Source: Zootoca vivipara (Eukaryota). Taken from it: a DNA stretch of 64,000 nucleotides. The first letter of the stretch is position 1. Each line of letters opens with the position of its first letter. This document shows positions 36,526 to 64,000 of the stretch, piece after piece. The notes beneath the pieces were generated by a model. It saw only the letters and a program-made list of their open reading frames with translations. It had not been told where the DNA came from and ran no database searches. Where the stretch lies: contig NC_083281.1 of NCBI RefSeq assembly GCF_963506605.1, positions 1,736,001 through 1,800,000 of the forward strand. Reading direction: 5' to 3'. The translations under genes and the position numbers were made by a program.

Positions 36526-36957
36526 TATTGCAACACATTAAAACATCAAATGAAACAGTCCAGAACAGTCAGAGTTATGCTGGTTTGAAAACTTATCGTT
36601 AGAGGGCTGGAGACAGCCTGTGTTTTAATCTTGCAAGAATAGAATTTCCTTTTCATTAAATATCTTTGTAGGTTGCCGAACCTCATATAGAAATAACTTT
36701 AACCATTTTTGGGGGGTAATTCCCAAACTGAGCAGTTTGATTTAGTCTTTGTTAAAGTTTAGCATAATTGCAGTGGAGAGTTTGGCTCCTTTTGATATTA
36801 TTCAAACAATAAGATATTAAAAACCTATCTCTAATCTTTTCCCTCTGAGGAAGATAGCTCCAATGAAACGAGAAAATAGCCGGCCCCTCGTTAGGTGAAT
36901 TGATTTATAGTTTATTTTATAAGCATTTAAGTTTCTTCGTTTGACTTTGATTTGGGA

Positions 36958-37205
36958 GTTGTTGTTGTTGTTGTTTAGTCGTTTAGTCGTGTCTGACTCT
37001 TCGTGACCCCATGGACCAGAGCACGCCAGGCCCTCCTGTCTTGCACTGCCTCCCGCAGTTTGGTCAAACTCATGTTCGTAGCTTCGAGAACACTGTCCAA
37101 CCATCTTGTCCTCTGTCGTCCCCTTCTCCTTGTGCCCTCAATCTTTCCCAACATCAGGGTCTTTTCCAAGGATTCTTCTCTTCTCATGAGGTGGCCAAAG
37201 TATTG
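36958..37205 (-). mobile_element. BovB (RTE) LINE 3' end with (CAA)n tail
   Basis: SLEKTLMLGKIEG.RRRGRQR.RWLD...WRALVHGVTKSQTRL is the BovB ORF C-terminus. Confidence 0.92.
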
Positions 37206-37590
37206 GGAGTATTATACCTGATAAATAATTTGGAATAGTCCGAGCTACAGTATATTCCTGAGTATAAGACTACTTTTTAACCCAGGAAAATCAGGGGCCG
37301 TCTTATACGCCGGGTCATATTTCTTATATGGCGAGTATATCCCAAATTCTATATTTTAACTGGAAAAGTTGGGAGTCGTCTTATAAGTTTGTACATTATA
37401 TCTCGTATCAGGGAGATTGTCACGGTGGTTTATCTTAATGTTAGGGGTGCGGCAGTGGGGGGAGTTGTGAGGAATGCCCCCCCCCCCTAAGCAGAGGACA
37501 TTGCCCCACTTGACCTAGGATTCGAGTCGGTCCTGTCCGAGACTTTGGAACTGTTGGGTGAATTTGGGGCCCTGGCCTTTCCGCTTACAG

Positions 37591-37829
37591 GTTCTTTCGC
37601 CATCTCCACTCCGGTTTTGGTCTACAACCAGCTGACGGAAGGCTACTGGTTCGGCCCGCGGACCTACTGCAGCGAGAGCTTCCCGTCCGTCATCCACCAG
37701 ACGGCCTTCATCCTATACAATTTCCTCGTGGTTTACCTTCTCCCCTTGCTGACCATCCTCCTTTGCTACACCGCCATGCTGTACCAGATGGGGAGACCCA
37801 CGGTGGAGGCTTCTGACAACCAATGCCAG
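37591..37829 (+). CDS. KISS1R: KISS1R exon 4 (GSFAISTP...YWFGPRTYCSESFP...TM5...NQCQ)
   Basis: 239 nt, AG/GT boundaries, phase 1-0. Confidence 0.95.
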
Positions 37830-38254
37830 GTATCGCATTGCCGGATGCACGGTGGCGATCTCACAGTCACCATTGGAATTATTTCACCACCATCCCTTGC
37901 AAATCCAGGCTTATTATCAAAATCTTATAAGGGAAAAAAACTGCTCCTTTCCCCTTATGGGGTATCCAAGAGCCCGTATAGAGTCTTTAATTGGGTTCCC
38001 TATCGGTAGGAGGAAACTGCAGAGAGCACAAAAGGAAAGAGGGATGGGGAGGGAAGAGGGAACCAAGCGAGCTCAGGCTCCGACTCTTCAACTTGTAGTT
38101 TATACAATCTCCTGGTGGAATATCTGGTTATGCAATGTGAGAAAGACAAGGCTGGGCTAGGCAGATCTTTCCTACGAGTTATCTTGGTAGTGGCACCCGT
38201 CCTGTGGAACACCCTCCCAGCAGATGTCAAGGCGACAAGTAACTATTTTACTTT

Positions 38255-38461
38255 AAAAAAAATTCCTTCAGTAGCACCTTAAAGACCAACTAAGTTTTTA
38301 TTTCGGTATGAGCTTTCGTGTGCAGGCACACTTCATCAGATACCAAAATGTGCATGCACACGAAAGCTCATACCAAAATAAAAACTTAGTTGGTCTTTAA
38401 GGTGCTACTGAAGGAATTTTTTTAATTTTGTTTCGACTCAGACCAACACGGCTACCCACCT
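38255..38461. mobile_element. Penelope-like inverted pseudo-LTR insertion inside an L2 tail, 16-bp TSD
   Basis: GTAACTATTTTACTTT at 38239-38254 and 38462-38477; palindromic body. Confidence 0.75.
38305..38344 (-). ncRNA. Minimal type I hammerhead ribozyme motif within a Penelope-like element
   Basis: Reverse complement reads GGTAT-CTGATGA-A-GTGTG(CCTG)CACAC-GAAA-GC-TC-ATACC: stem I, CUGANGA core, stem II, GAAA and UH site are all present. Confidence 0.75.
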
Positions 38462-38607
38462 GTAACTATTTTACTTTCAGAAGACAACTGAAGGTGGCCC
38501 TGTTTAGGGAAGTTTTTAATGTTTAATGCTGTACTGTTTTAATATTTGGTTGGAAGCCGCCCAGAGTGGCTGGGAAAACCCAGCCGGATGGGCGGGGAAT
38601 GAATGAA

Positions 38608-38642
<35 letters not shown>

Positions 38643-38704
38643 ATATATATATATTTTAGGAAATAGAGATTGCAAGGAAAAAAACTGCTCCCTTTCCCTT
38701 AAGG

Positions 38705-38841
38705 CAGGCATAGGGCAAACTCGGCCCTCCAGATGTTTTGGGACTACAACTCCCATCACCCCTAGCTAACATGACCAGTGGTCAGGGATGATGGGAATTG
38801 TAGTCTCCAAACATCTGGAGGGCCGAGTTTGCCTTTGCCTG
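38705..38841. mobile_element. Palindromic hAT MITE
   Basis: Almost fully self-complementary; 8-bp TSD CCTTAAGG / CCTTATGG. Confidence 0.85.
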
Positions 38842-39424
38842 CCTTATGGGGTATCCAAGAGCCCGTCTCGAGTCCTTAAGTGGGTTCCCTATCGGTAGGA
38901 GGAAAGAACAGAGGCCAAGCAGAGAATATTGAGAAGAAGCAAAGCGGCTAGTAAGCCTGATCTTTATTAAACTGTTGCAACAGGGTCCCCAATCCCCACA
39001 CGCAGGAGAGAGGAGAACCTCGAACAATGGGTTTTTTTAATAATTTCGATGGCCCTGCATTTTAAAAAGCTACCCCCTCTCTCTACAAGATGCCAGGGGG
39101 TTCTCAACCTGGGTCTGTGTTCCTTTGGAGAACTGAGACGTGGCAGAGACTGTTGTAGCTTCAAGAACCTCACTTCTCCCATGGAGGGAACCGCCAGAAG
39201 GCCCTCGGAGCTGGACCTCAGTGTCCGGGCTGGACGATGGGGGTGGAGATGCTCCTTCAGGTATACAGGGCTATTTAGGACTTTCAAGATCAGCACAAAC
39301 ACATTGCATTGCGCTCAGAAATGTCATGGGAGCCAATGTGGGTCTTTCAGGACCGGTGTTATACGGTCTCGGCGGCCGTTCTCAGTCCCCAGTCTAGCTG
39401 CCACATTCTGGATTAGTTGTAGTT

Positions 39425-39634
39425 ACAGGTAGGTAGCCGTGTTGGTCTGACGTAGTCGAAACAAAATAAAAAAATTCCTTCCAGCAGCACCTTAGAGACC
39501 AACCAAGTTTGTCATAGGTATGAGCTTTCGTGTGCATGTGTGTGTATCTGATGAAGTGCGCATGCACACGAAAGCTCATACCTATGACAAACTTGGTTGG
39601 TCTCTAAGGTGCTGCTGGAAGGAATTTTTTTATT
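39425..39634. mobile_element. Penelope-like inverted pseudo-LTR insertion inside an L2 element, 16-bp TSD
   Basis: TGGATTAGTTGTAGTT at 39409-39424 and 39635-39650; palindromic body. Confidence 0.75.
39543..39582 (+). ncRNA. Minimal hammerhead ribozyme motif, core intact, one stem II mismatch
   Basis: TGTAT-CTGATGA-A-GTGCG(CATG)CACAC-GAAA-GC-TC-ATACC. Confidence 0.6.
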
Positions 39635-39897
39635 TGGATTAGTTGTAGTTTCTGAGTCACTTTCAAAGGGAGCCCCACGGAGAGCCCATGGCAGTAGTCC
39701 AAGCAGGAGATAACCAGAGCATGCACCGCTCTGGCCAGACAGTCTGCGGGCAGGTAAGGTCTCATCCTGCGTACCAGATGGAGCTGGGAGACAGCCGCCC
39801 TGGAGACAGAATTGACCTGCTCCTCCGTGGACAGCAGAGCAGGGACCGCAGAGGCCCAGCCAATCTGATTGCAAGTCCCCTTCTTGACTCCTTGCAG

Positions 39898-40257
39898 GTC
39901 CGGCAGCTGGCCGAGCGCTCGGAAGCCATGCGGGGCAAGATATCGCGCATGGTGGGCACCATCGTGGTTCTCTTCGCCATCTGCTGGGGCCCAATGCAGC
40001 TGCTGATCCTCGCTCAGGCCTTTGGCAGCGGCTTCCGGCGCAACTATTACACCTACAAGCTGAAGATCTGGGCGCACTGCATGTCGTACGCCAGCTCCTC
40101 CCTCAACCCCATCGTCTACGCCTTCATGGGGGCCAATTTCCAGAGGGCTTTCCGGAAAGTCTGCCCCTTCCCCGCGAAGCGCCGGGTGGGCAGCTGCGAG
40201 GCGGCCGGCCGGCCCGGCGCCAACGTGGAGATGCAGTTTGTCTCTTCGGGGATGTAG
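39898..40257 (+). CDS. KISS1R: KISS1R exon 5 (TM6, TM7 with NPIVY, C-tail, stop)
   Basis: CWGP and KIWAHCMSY...NPIVYAFMGANF motifs. The spliced CDS is 1107 nt = 368 aa plus stop, with no frameshift. Confidence 0.96.
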   Translation, partial: VRQLAERSEAMRGKISRMVGTIVVLFAICWGPMQLLILAQAFGSGFRRNYYTYKLKIWAHCMSYASSSLNPIVYAFMGANFQRAFRKVCPFPAKRRVGSCEAAGRPGANVEMQFVSSGM

Positions 40258-41653
40258 GGCCTTCTCTGCGGTGTCCCCGATTCGAAGGGTCTTTTGCAGG
40301 AGCAAAAGCGAGCCAGGTGGCGTTGGGCTTTCCTTTCCCTTGTTCTCTGCGCAGCTGGGCTCGCTCGCTCGAGTCGCCTGGGGCGGTTTCCGCGCCGTTG
40401 CTGCTCTGAAGATGCCCCGGCCCGACAAGGAAACACCCGGGATCGGGGCGAGGAAAGGACGGGGAAGGATGTTGCCAGAGAGGGACGCGAGGGGGGCTAT
40501 TTTGCAGCCGAGGGCCGCTTCCCCTGCCTGCCAAAGCTCCCGGGGGCCACATGCTAGCAATGGGTGGAGCCAGTGGGGATGAGTGGGCAATGGATTTGAA
40601 TATTCGCTTCTGTACTAGGTCCTACACCATCGTTGGAGTTCAAGGCCAACACAGGCAAGAATGGGGGGGGGTGTCACCTGGGGACAGATAGCGAAGGCCA
40701 TGGCGTGCCAGGGGGGTCCCTGAGGTCTCCCCACCAGTCCCAGTAAGCTGCGGAGGGTCCTGGTCTTTGCAATGTTGTTCTTTGCGAGCGCTAAAGAGAG
40801 GACATTCAGGGAAGGCAAAAAAGCAGTGCCGGATTTACGTACAAGCCCTAGCTTAGGGCCCCACTCTCTTGGGACCCCCCAAAAATTAAAGGAAAACAAC
40901 AACCTGTATGTACATTTCCAAAATATAAGATTAAAGACAAATAAAACAAAACCTACATACAGCAACCGTGTTTTGTGTTGTGTAGGCTCCTGTGATGTAA
41001 GTCATGGGCCCCGCCTGCGAGCCTGCTCCCTAAAATATCACTGGTTTGCTCCTTTCTATATATAGGGTGCCTACATTCTGCTGTTTATCATTATTAGTAG
41101 TTTGCATCATATATTTACACCTCTTATTATTTCATGTTCTAGCAAGTTTCTAGAGACCAGATGATGAGTTTTTGTCAATTGTGTTTCCGAAGGAACTTTT
41201 GCTATTGCCAAATGCCAATGTGTTAGCATTATTCAGTTTGTTGTGAATAAAAAAAAAATCATTTCACGTTTGAGCTTCATAATTATTTCACCATTCATAT
41301 ACTTCTTCTTAATTGTATTTCAGTTCAACAAGGACTTTGATAAACTACATATTTTGTGATGTGCACATGGCTTTAGATACCTCCATCAATGACCACATAG
41401 CATATAGTCAACGCAAAAAAACAGCGACAATTTGTTGTTGACAAAGGGCAGCTGGACATAGAAAGGGCCCCATTACCTTCAGGCGCTGAGGGCCGCTTCA
41501 AACCTCAATCTGGCCCTGGGAACAATGGCTACACAACCGCACAGAGGCAGGCGGGCCGGCAAGTCTTGGACTGAGTCCTTCCCTGCTTGGAAAGGGACCC
41601 CAATGGGTCATCTTCTGCAAATGGTCTCCATGCGTGGAATCACAGAATCGTAG

Positions 41654-42130
41654 TGTTATAAGAATCCCAAGGTCTCAAATACAAATTGAATGTTCATAGG
41701 GTGAGCCTGCTGTGACCTGGATCCCGGAATTAGAGTATTAACCATCACCAAAGGTAATGCAGTCAGTGACCTTTATCAGGTATCCTGGCAGGCAGGATTT
41801 CTGCTGCAGACCTGCCTCCTTCTGTGAGGTATGTATGATGTTTCAGGGGGGTGGTCTTGGGCTACAGGGTGGGCAACTTCAAAAGTCTATATAGGGGTTT
41901 GCTCACCAATGTTCTGGGTTCCTCGCCTCCCTCCTTCTTGTGGTGAGCGGGGTCCCTGTTGCAACAGTTCCTTGAATAAAGATCAGGCTTACTAGCCGCT
42001 TTGCTTCTCAATATTCTCTGCTTGGCCTCTGTTATTTTCTCCTACCAATAGGGAACCCACTTAAGGACTCTATAGTGGCTCTTGGATACCCCATAAGGGA
42101 AAAGGAGCAGGGTTTTTTTTTCTTATAAGA
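41654..42130 (+). mobile_element. Probable solo LTR (antisense partial relatives near 37923-38020 and 38677-39030)
   Basis: Termini TGTTATAAGA / TCTTATAAGA, TATA-like at about 41887, AATAAA at about 41976. Confidence 0.6.
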
Positions 42131-42292
42131 GTTGGAAGGGACCCCCAAAGGCCATCCAATCCAACCCCCTTTGATGCAGGAAACCCAGCGGAAGAATCCA
42201 TGATGGATGGCAATCCAAACTCTGCTTTAAAAAGCTCCAAGGAAGGAAGAGGTGCCAGAGCCGCCGCCGCCGCCGCCGCCTCCTCCTCCTCC

Positions 42293-42352
<60 letters not shown>

Positions 42353-43929
42353 CCCAGCCACCCTGTGTGGCTTGCAGCACAGATAAAAACATAATAAAAT
42401 GCCAAGCTTTAAAAACTCCCCAATGCAAGGCTGCTTTCTGTGTGTTTGTGTGTGTGGAGCTTGTGTAGGGTTTGTATATTAAGAGACATACGGCAAAGCG
42501 TTACCCAAAGAGATATTTGTAGGGCTTGAGGTAAGGTGGAGTCCAGTGGGCGGGACCTTTGAAGTGTGCTGCGTGCTGATTTGCTGAGGACAGAGCATGA
42601 CGGGCAGGTGACAGGGCAGTTAAAGGCAGTTGGGCTTGGGAGGGGGGACAGGGAGGACGGCGTCTGGTTTGGGCAGTAAGGAACAGTGGTTAGAGCAGGC
42701 AGGATAGGATTAGGAAGTTAACCCATGCCACAAAACGCACCAAAACGTGCTACTGGAAGAATTTTTTTTAATTTTGTTTGTCCTAAACCCTGTTTATTGA
42801 GAGCAAACCTTGCAAAAACTGGTTTTACTATAATAATAAAATTTTAAAAATTCAACTTCTTTCTCCAAACTGCGTCTCATCTTTGGCCAGGCTATCGCGG
42901 ACGTGGCAGAGTCTGTCAAGAGTGTCCGGAGAAGTCCATGAGTTAGGCGACTGCTTGAGTCCTGGAAGGGGACCCCAGGGGTCATCTAGTCCAACCCTCT
43001 TTAGTGCAGAAATCCCAGTCCTCACGGTAGCTAACAAAATGCCGTTATACAAAGTCTGCTGAGCAGACTTCAGGAAATCCATTTCTGGGGCTCGGACAAG
43101 CTGATTTTCCTCCGGAGGGGCAGTTTGGTCTCCGCAGACGAAAGACTTCAATGAGTCTCATCTTCAGGAAGGAGCGAGGAACCTGCCCGGCTGAGGTCAT
43201 CCAAAATTTGGCAGTCCTGGCTGGATGCAAAACTGGTTCCTTGTTATTTAGGCCTCAATAACAAATATACAAATTCCAAAGAGACAGACTGAAAGGAGAG
43301 GCGGATGGTTTTTGCCCAGTTATCCGAGAGATCTAAAAAAATATACTTTTGCCCAGAAAATGTTGACCTTGGGGCAGTCCCGCAAACAGACCGGGGGGGG
43401 GGGGGTGTCTCAGTATCCTGGCATAGCGACAAGGCCCCCTCTAGGCGTACAAAATAAATTAATTGCAATGTCCCCGGTTCATGCCGGAAAATGATCTCTG
43501 CGCAGACCTCAGAGCAGAAGTTTCCCCCATCTTCTTCTCGTACCCGAACTTTCCAGAAGAGTCCATTCTTTGTGGCCGCATATCTGTTGGGACGAAAAGG
43601 AAAAGCTTCGGGCTTTTTTGGTACCATCACATCTTTTTCATCTCGTCGTATATCGTCTCCCAAAACTCCCTCTCTTTCCTACAATGGCACCACATGCGGG
43701 AAGAAGCGTCCTGCTTGCATTTCCAGCCGTTATTAGGAATCTCGGTCAGCTTACTAGGCACAGAGCGCGAGATCTGAACTCGATAGATGAAAATAGCGGA
43801 AATAATTTTTTTATACGCGGCTCTCGGACAATACGGGCTGGAAGGCAAGTGAGCTTGCAACGGGGAGCTGCCTTCCGCTATCCCTTCAAGGAGGATGTGA
43901 GGCAGATGGGGGGCCCAGATGACTCCCGG

Positions 43930-44466
<537 letters not shown>

Positions 44467-44546
44467 TCAGTGCTAGCAGAGCTTCCAAGCATTCTGGTTT
44501 TCCAGGGACAGTCCTGGATGGCCAGAAGCCATCCCGCTTTTCCTTA

Positions 44547-45771
44547 GGATGCCTCTATTTTCAAGGGAGAAATGTTGGAGGGGATGGAATAGGACGTCCC
44601 TATTTTCAGGGGAGAAACGTTCGAGGGGATGGAAAAGGATGCCCGTATTTTCACGGGAGAAATGTTGGAGGAGATGGAATAGGACATCCCTATTTTCACG
44701 GAACGTTGGAGGGGATGGAATAGGACGTCCCTATTTTCACGGGAGAAACCTTGGAGGGGATGGAATAGGACGTCCCTATTTTCACAGGAGAAACGTTGGA
44801 GGGGATGGAATAGGACGTCCCTATTTTCACGGGAGAAATGTTGGAGGGGATGGAATAGGACGTCCCTATTTTCAGGGGAGAAACGCTCGAGGGGATGGAA
44901 AAGGATGCCCGTATTTTCACGGGAGAAATGTTGGAGGGGATGGAATAGGACATCCCTATTTTCACGGAACGTTGGAGGGGATGGAATAGGACGTCCCTAT
45001 TTTCACGGGAGAAACCTTGGAGGGGATGGAATAGGACGTCCCTATTTTCACAGGAGAAACGTTGGAGGGGATGGAATAGGACGTCCCTATTTTCACAGGA
45101 GAAACGTTGGAGGGGATGGAATAGGACGTCCCTATTTTCACGGGAGAAATGTTGGAGGGGATGGAATAGGACGTCCCTATTTTCAGGGGAGAAACGCTCG
45201 AGGGGATGGAAAAGGATGCCCGTATTTTCACGGGAGAAATGTTGGAGGGGATGGAATAGGACATCCCTATTTTCACGGGAGAAACGTTGGAGGGGATGGA
45301 ATAGGACGTCCCTATTTTCACGGGAGAAACCTTGGAGGGGATGGAATAGGACGTCCCTATTTTCACGGGAGAAATGTTGGAGGGGATGGAATAGGACGTC
45401 CCTATTTTCACGGGAGAAATGTTAGAGGGAATGGAATAGGACGTCCCTATTTTCACGGGAGAAACGTTGGAGGGGATGGAATAGGACGTCCCTATTTTCA
45501 CGGGAGAAACGTTGGAGGGGATGGAATAGGACGTCCCTATTTTCACGGGAGAAACGTTGGAGGGGATGGAATAGGACGTCCCTATTTTCAAGGGAGAAAT
45601 GTTGGAGGGGATGGAATAGGACGTCCCTATTTTCAGGGGAGAAACGTTGGAGGGGATGGAATAGAACGTCCCAATTTTCAAGGGAGAAACATTGGAGGGG
45701 ATGGAATAGGACGTCCCTATTTTCAAGGGAGAAACGTTGGAGGGGATGGAATAGGACGTCCCTATTTTCAT
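44547..45771. repeat. 45-bp minisatellite, about 27 units, same family (predicted RNF224 intron)
   Basis: Same unit, with variant units recurring at 266/311-bp spacing. Confidence 0.97.
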
Positions 45772-46269
45772 CAAATGAAACAGTCGAGAACAGAACCAAT
45801 TAAAGCTTCAAGGAAACTCTTTCAGATCCTTCTCGAAGGGATACTTTGCTTTCCCCATATTTATTTACCGACTTGATTTATAGAGCTACTGCCATAACAG
45901 CAGGACTCTAGGAAGACAGTGGGGTGCAGTGGTTAGAGGGTCAGACTAGGACCCGGGAGATCAGGGTTCGAATCCCCTCTCCGTCAATAAGCTCACTGGG
46001 TTACCTTGGAGTCAGTCGCAGCCTCTTGGCCTACCTTGCAGGTCTGGTCATCGTAGGGATTAACTGAGTGGGGGGGGGCGAACCAGGGACTCCTTGGGAG
46101 AAAAGGGTGGGATAAAGACACAGGGGATAAGCTCTTCCACTGCCTGCTGGAGAAAGCTGGAGGGGCCAGCAGAATGGAGATGTTCTGGCACCCAGAGATC
46201 GGTTGCAAAACGCGCCTGGCTAATTTCTAACACCGGCTTCATGCAAACACCGGACAGGAGAAAACTTAC

Positions 46270-46292
46270 ATTTCCCATTGCAGAGGCTCCAT
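46270..46292 (-). CDS. RNF224: Predicted short first coding exon of RNF224 (MEPLQWE-M)
   Basis: ATG in good Kozak context (AGGATGG) and a perfect GTAAGT donor. The 23 nt end in phase 2 and join the 44440 acceptor in frame, giving 177 aa. Confidence 0.55.
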
Positions 46293-47189
46293 CCTCGCTG
46301 CGTCCAGGTCCCCTCGGCAAACACCGAACCCGCGATCTGCCTTTGGGTGCTGGGTGGCCTCGGCGGGGCTCCTGGATCCATCTCCCGCCAGCCTGCCGTC
46401 CGCTCATAATGGGAGGTTCACATTTCAGACGCCGCTGTGCCATTGTATCGGCCGCAGGGAAGGCGAACCAGCCAGGTAGGGTTACCGTTGTCCCGGCCAA
46501 CAACAGCCTCGGAAACACACAATCGTGTGCCCCCCTCCGCCCAGCTGGCTTCCTGGGCTGAGCTCCAGTGCTGGATTTACTACTACTAACAATAATAATA
46601 ATTTTTTATTTATACCCTACCCATCATGCTGGGTTTCCCCAGCCATTCTGGGCAGCTTCCAACAAAATATTAAAATGCATTGGTCTGTTAAACATTAAAA
46701 GCTTCCCTAAACAGGGCTGCCTTCATATAAGCTAAGCAAGCTATAACTTAGGGCCCCACTCTCTTGGCCCCCCCCCAAAAAATTCTGGATTTCGGCATCT
46801 GAGAACCAAAACGTTTGAGAAACAAGGCGTTTGAGAACCAAGGTACCACTGGAGCTCAGCTGGTTGCAAGTTCGATCCCTGTTTGGGATGGCTGCATATA
46901 TTTCTGGCTTGATAGTGGGCCTTGCAGGGGGTTGGGCTAGATGACCACCTGGGGTCTCTTTGCAACCTGACGTTTCTATGATGTATATGGAGCTCAGCCC
47001 AGGAAGCGGAGGGGAGAACGCGATTGTATTTCTGAGCCTATTGTTGGCCGGGGGGATGGTAACCCTATCCGGCTAGGTCAGCTTCCTTGCGACCGATACA
47101 ATAGCCCAACGGCAGCGTCTGAAATTTGAGGACCCAGCTGCTGCAGGAGGCAAGGTAATATTTCTTCCAATTGTTGTTTGCATGCAGGC

Positions 47190-47615
47190 AGTGGACCACA
47201 AGCTGAACAGGAGCCCACAGGGTGATGTAGCAGCAAAAAAAGCAAATGCTATTCTAGGCTGCATCCACAGAAGTCTAGTGTCCAGATCAAGGGAAGTCAT
47301 AGTCCCAATTTATTCTGCCTGGGTCAGGCCACACCTGACCCAGAGTCCTGTGTCCAGTTCTGGGCAGCACAATTTAAGAAGGATGTTGACAAGCTGGAAG
47401 GTGTGCAGAGGAGGGCGACGACCGAGATGATCAAGGGTCTGGAAAGGAGGAGATTGAGAGGAGATATGATAGCCATCTTCCAATATCTCAAGGCCTGTCG
47501 CATGGAAGAGGGAGCATGCTTGTTTTCTCCTGCTCTGGAAGGCAGGACTCGAACCCGTGGCTTCAAGTGACAAGGAAGGCGATTCCGACTTGACATACGG
47601 AAAAAACTTTCTGGC
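47190..47615 (+). mobile_element. Degenerate CR1 fragment
   Basis: [26 protein letters not shown]... Confidence 0.85.
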
Positions 47616-48284
47616 AGTTTTGTTGTTGTTTTTTAAATATAAAATTTCTGGCATGTCATGTGAGTCGTCTCGTGGGTATGTAAAAACCTGCCCTCCTGTT
47701 GTTTTATGGTGTAGTCAAAATAATGCAGTTTACCCTCTTCTTCTCCCAGTTGTTTTAGCTAGTTGTGGGGGGTGTTTAAAGAATGTTTGATGAATAATGG
47801 TATAAACGAAATCCTAATGGCAGAAATAGACGGACCCGGCTGAAACGTATAATTAAGAGAATAAAGAGTATATGAAATTAAGGGATAAAAAGAAATTCAT
47901 AACTGTGAGATAAAGAGATAGTAAAATATAAATTACAGTGAGAATAACTGGAAGTTTATTGTTTATAAAAGAGAAATGGATGTATTAGATATGGAGAGTT
48001 TGTTTAAAGTTGTCTATTTGTGTAATGTATGTAGGTTTGTGCAAGGTTTGTTGTAAATACGTGTGTTCTTTATTTTAAACAATAAAAACTATTTTTAAAA
48101 AACCAAAATCATGCAGTTTAACTTTCAAAAAGAAACTGCTCCGCGAGGGAAACGATTGTATGTTAGTCATATTGCAGTTTCTAGAGAAGTGGTTTGTTAC
48201 CAAATTTGCTAAGATGGTGGGCTCTCATTGCTTGGAGGTTTTTAAGCAGAGATGGAAATAAGCCAGCCTGAAACAGGCACAAAC

Positions 48285-64000
<15,716 letters not shown>

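Larger units (their letters stand above)
39165..39830 (-). mobile_element. L2 LINE fragment interrupted by the Penelope-like insertion
   Basis: VHALVISCLDYC...GLPLKVTQKLQLIQ; resumes after the TSD. Confidence 0.8.

Noticed and set aside
35748-36602. 260-320 aa repetitive ORFs on both strands (also 44549-45876)
   Set aside because: These are by-products of a stop-free 45-bp (3n) minisatellite inside introns. Array 2 contains frameshifting 41-bp units. There is no evidence of a protein.
39604-40590. 328-aa antisense ORF over KISS1R exon 5
   Set aside because: It is a shadow frame of GC-rich coding sequence running into L2-derived peptide; there is no independent support.
42200-42394. Poly-Ala/Ser/Leu ORF resembling a signal or TM peptide
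   Set aside because: It is the translation of a compound (GCC)n(TCC)n(TTA)n microsatellite.
44547-45771. CRISPR-like array
   Set aside because: Units are contiguous with no unique spacers, the context is eukaryotic and there are no cas genes.

Overview
Vertebrate genomic DNA from a squamate reptile, probably a lacertid lizard (Sauria SINE, BovB, CR1, L2, Penelope and hAT/Tc1-mariner MITEs). Gene order: MED16 (minus strand, first six coding exons, continuing off the left edge); R3HDM4 (plus, 8 coding exons, 271 aa); KISS1R (plus, 5 exons, 368 aa); RNF224 (minus, probably 2 coding exons, about 177 aa). From 48285 to the right edge lies a near-identical direct copy of 14189-29901. It carries R3HDM4 exons 2-8 without exon 1, and implies a ~34.1 kb tandem unit that would also contain KISS1R and RNF224 (real CNV or assembly artefact). 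The most notable non-coding signal is a set of short palindromic Penelope-like insertions in KISS1R introns carrying minimal type I hammerhead ribozyme motifs. Other observations: a duplicated R3HDM4 exon-4 splice acceptor fused to a copy of the gene's own 3' region, paired RFX X-boxes, and two related 45-bp minisatellite arrays. Gene identities and human synteny come from recall, not from a database search.
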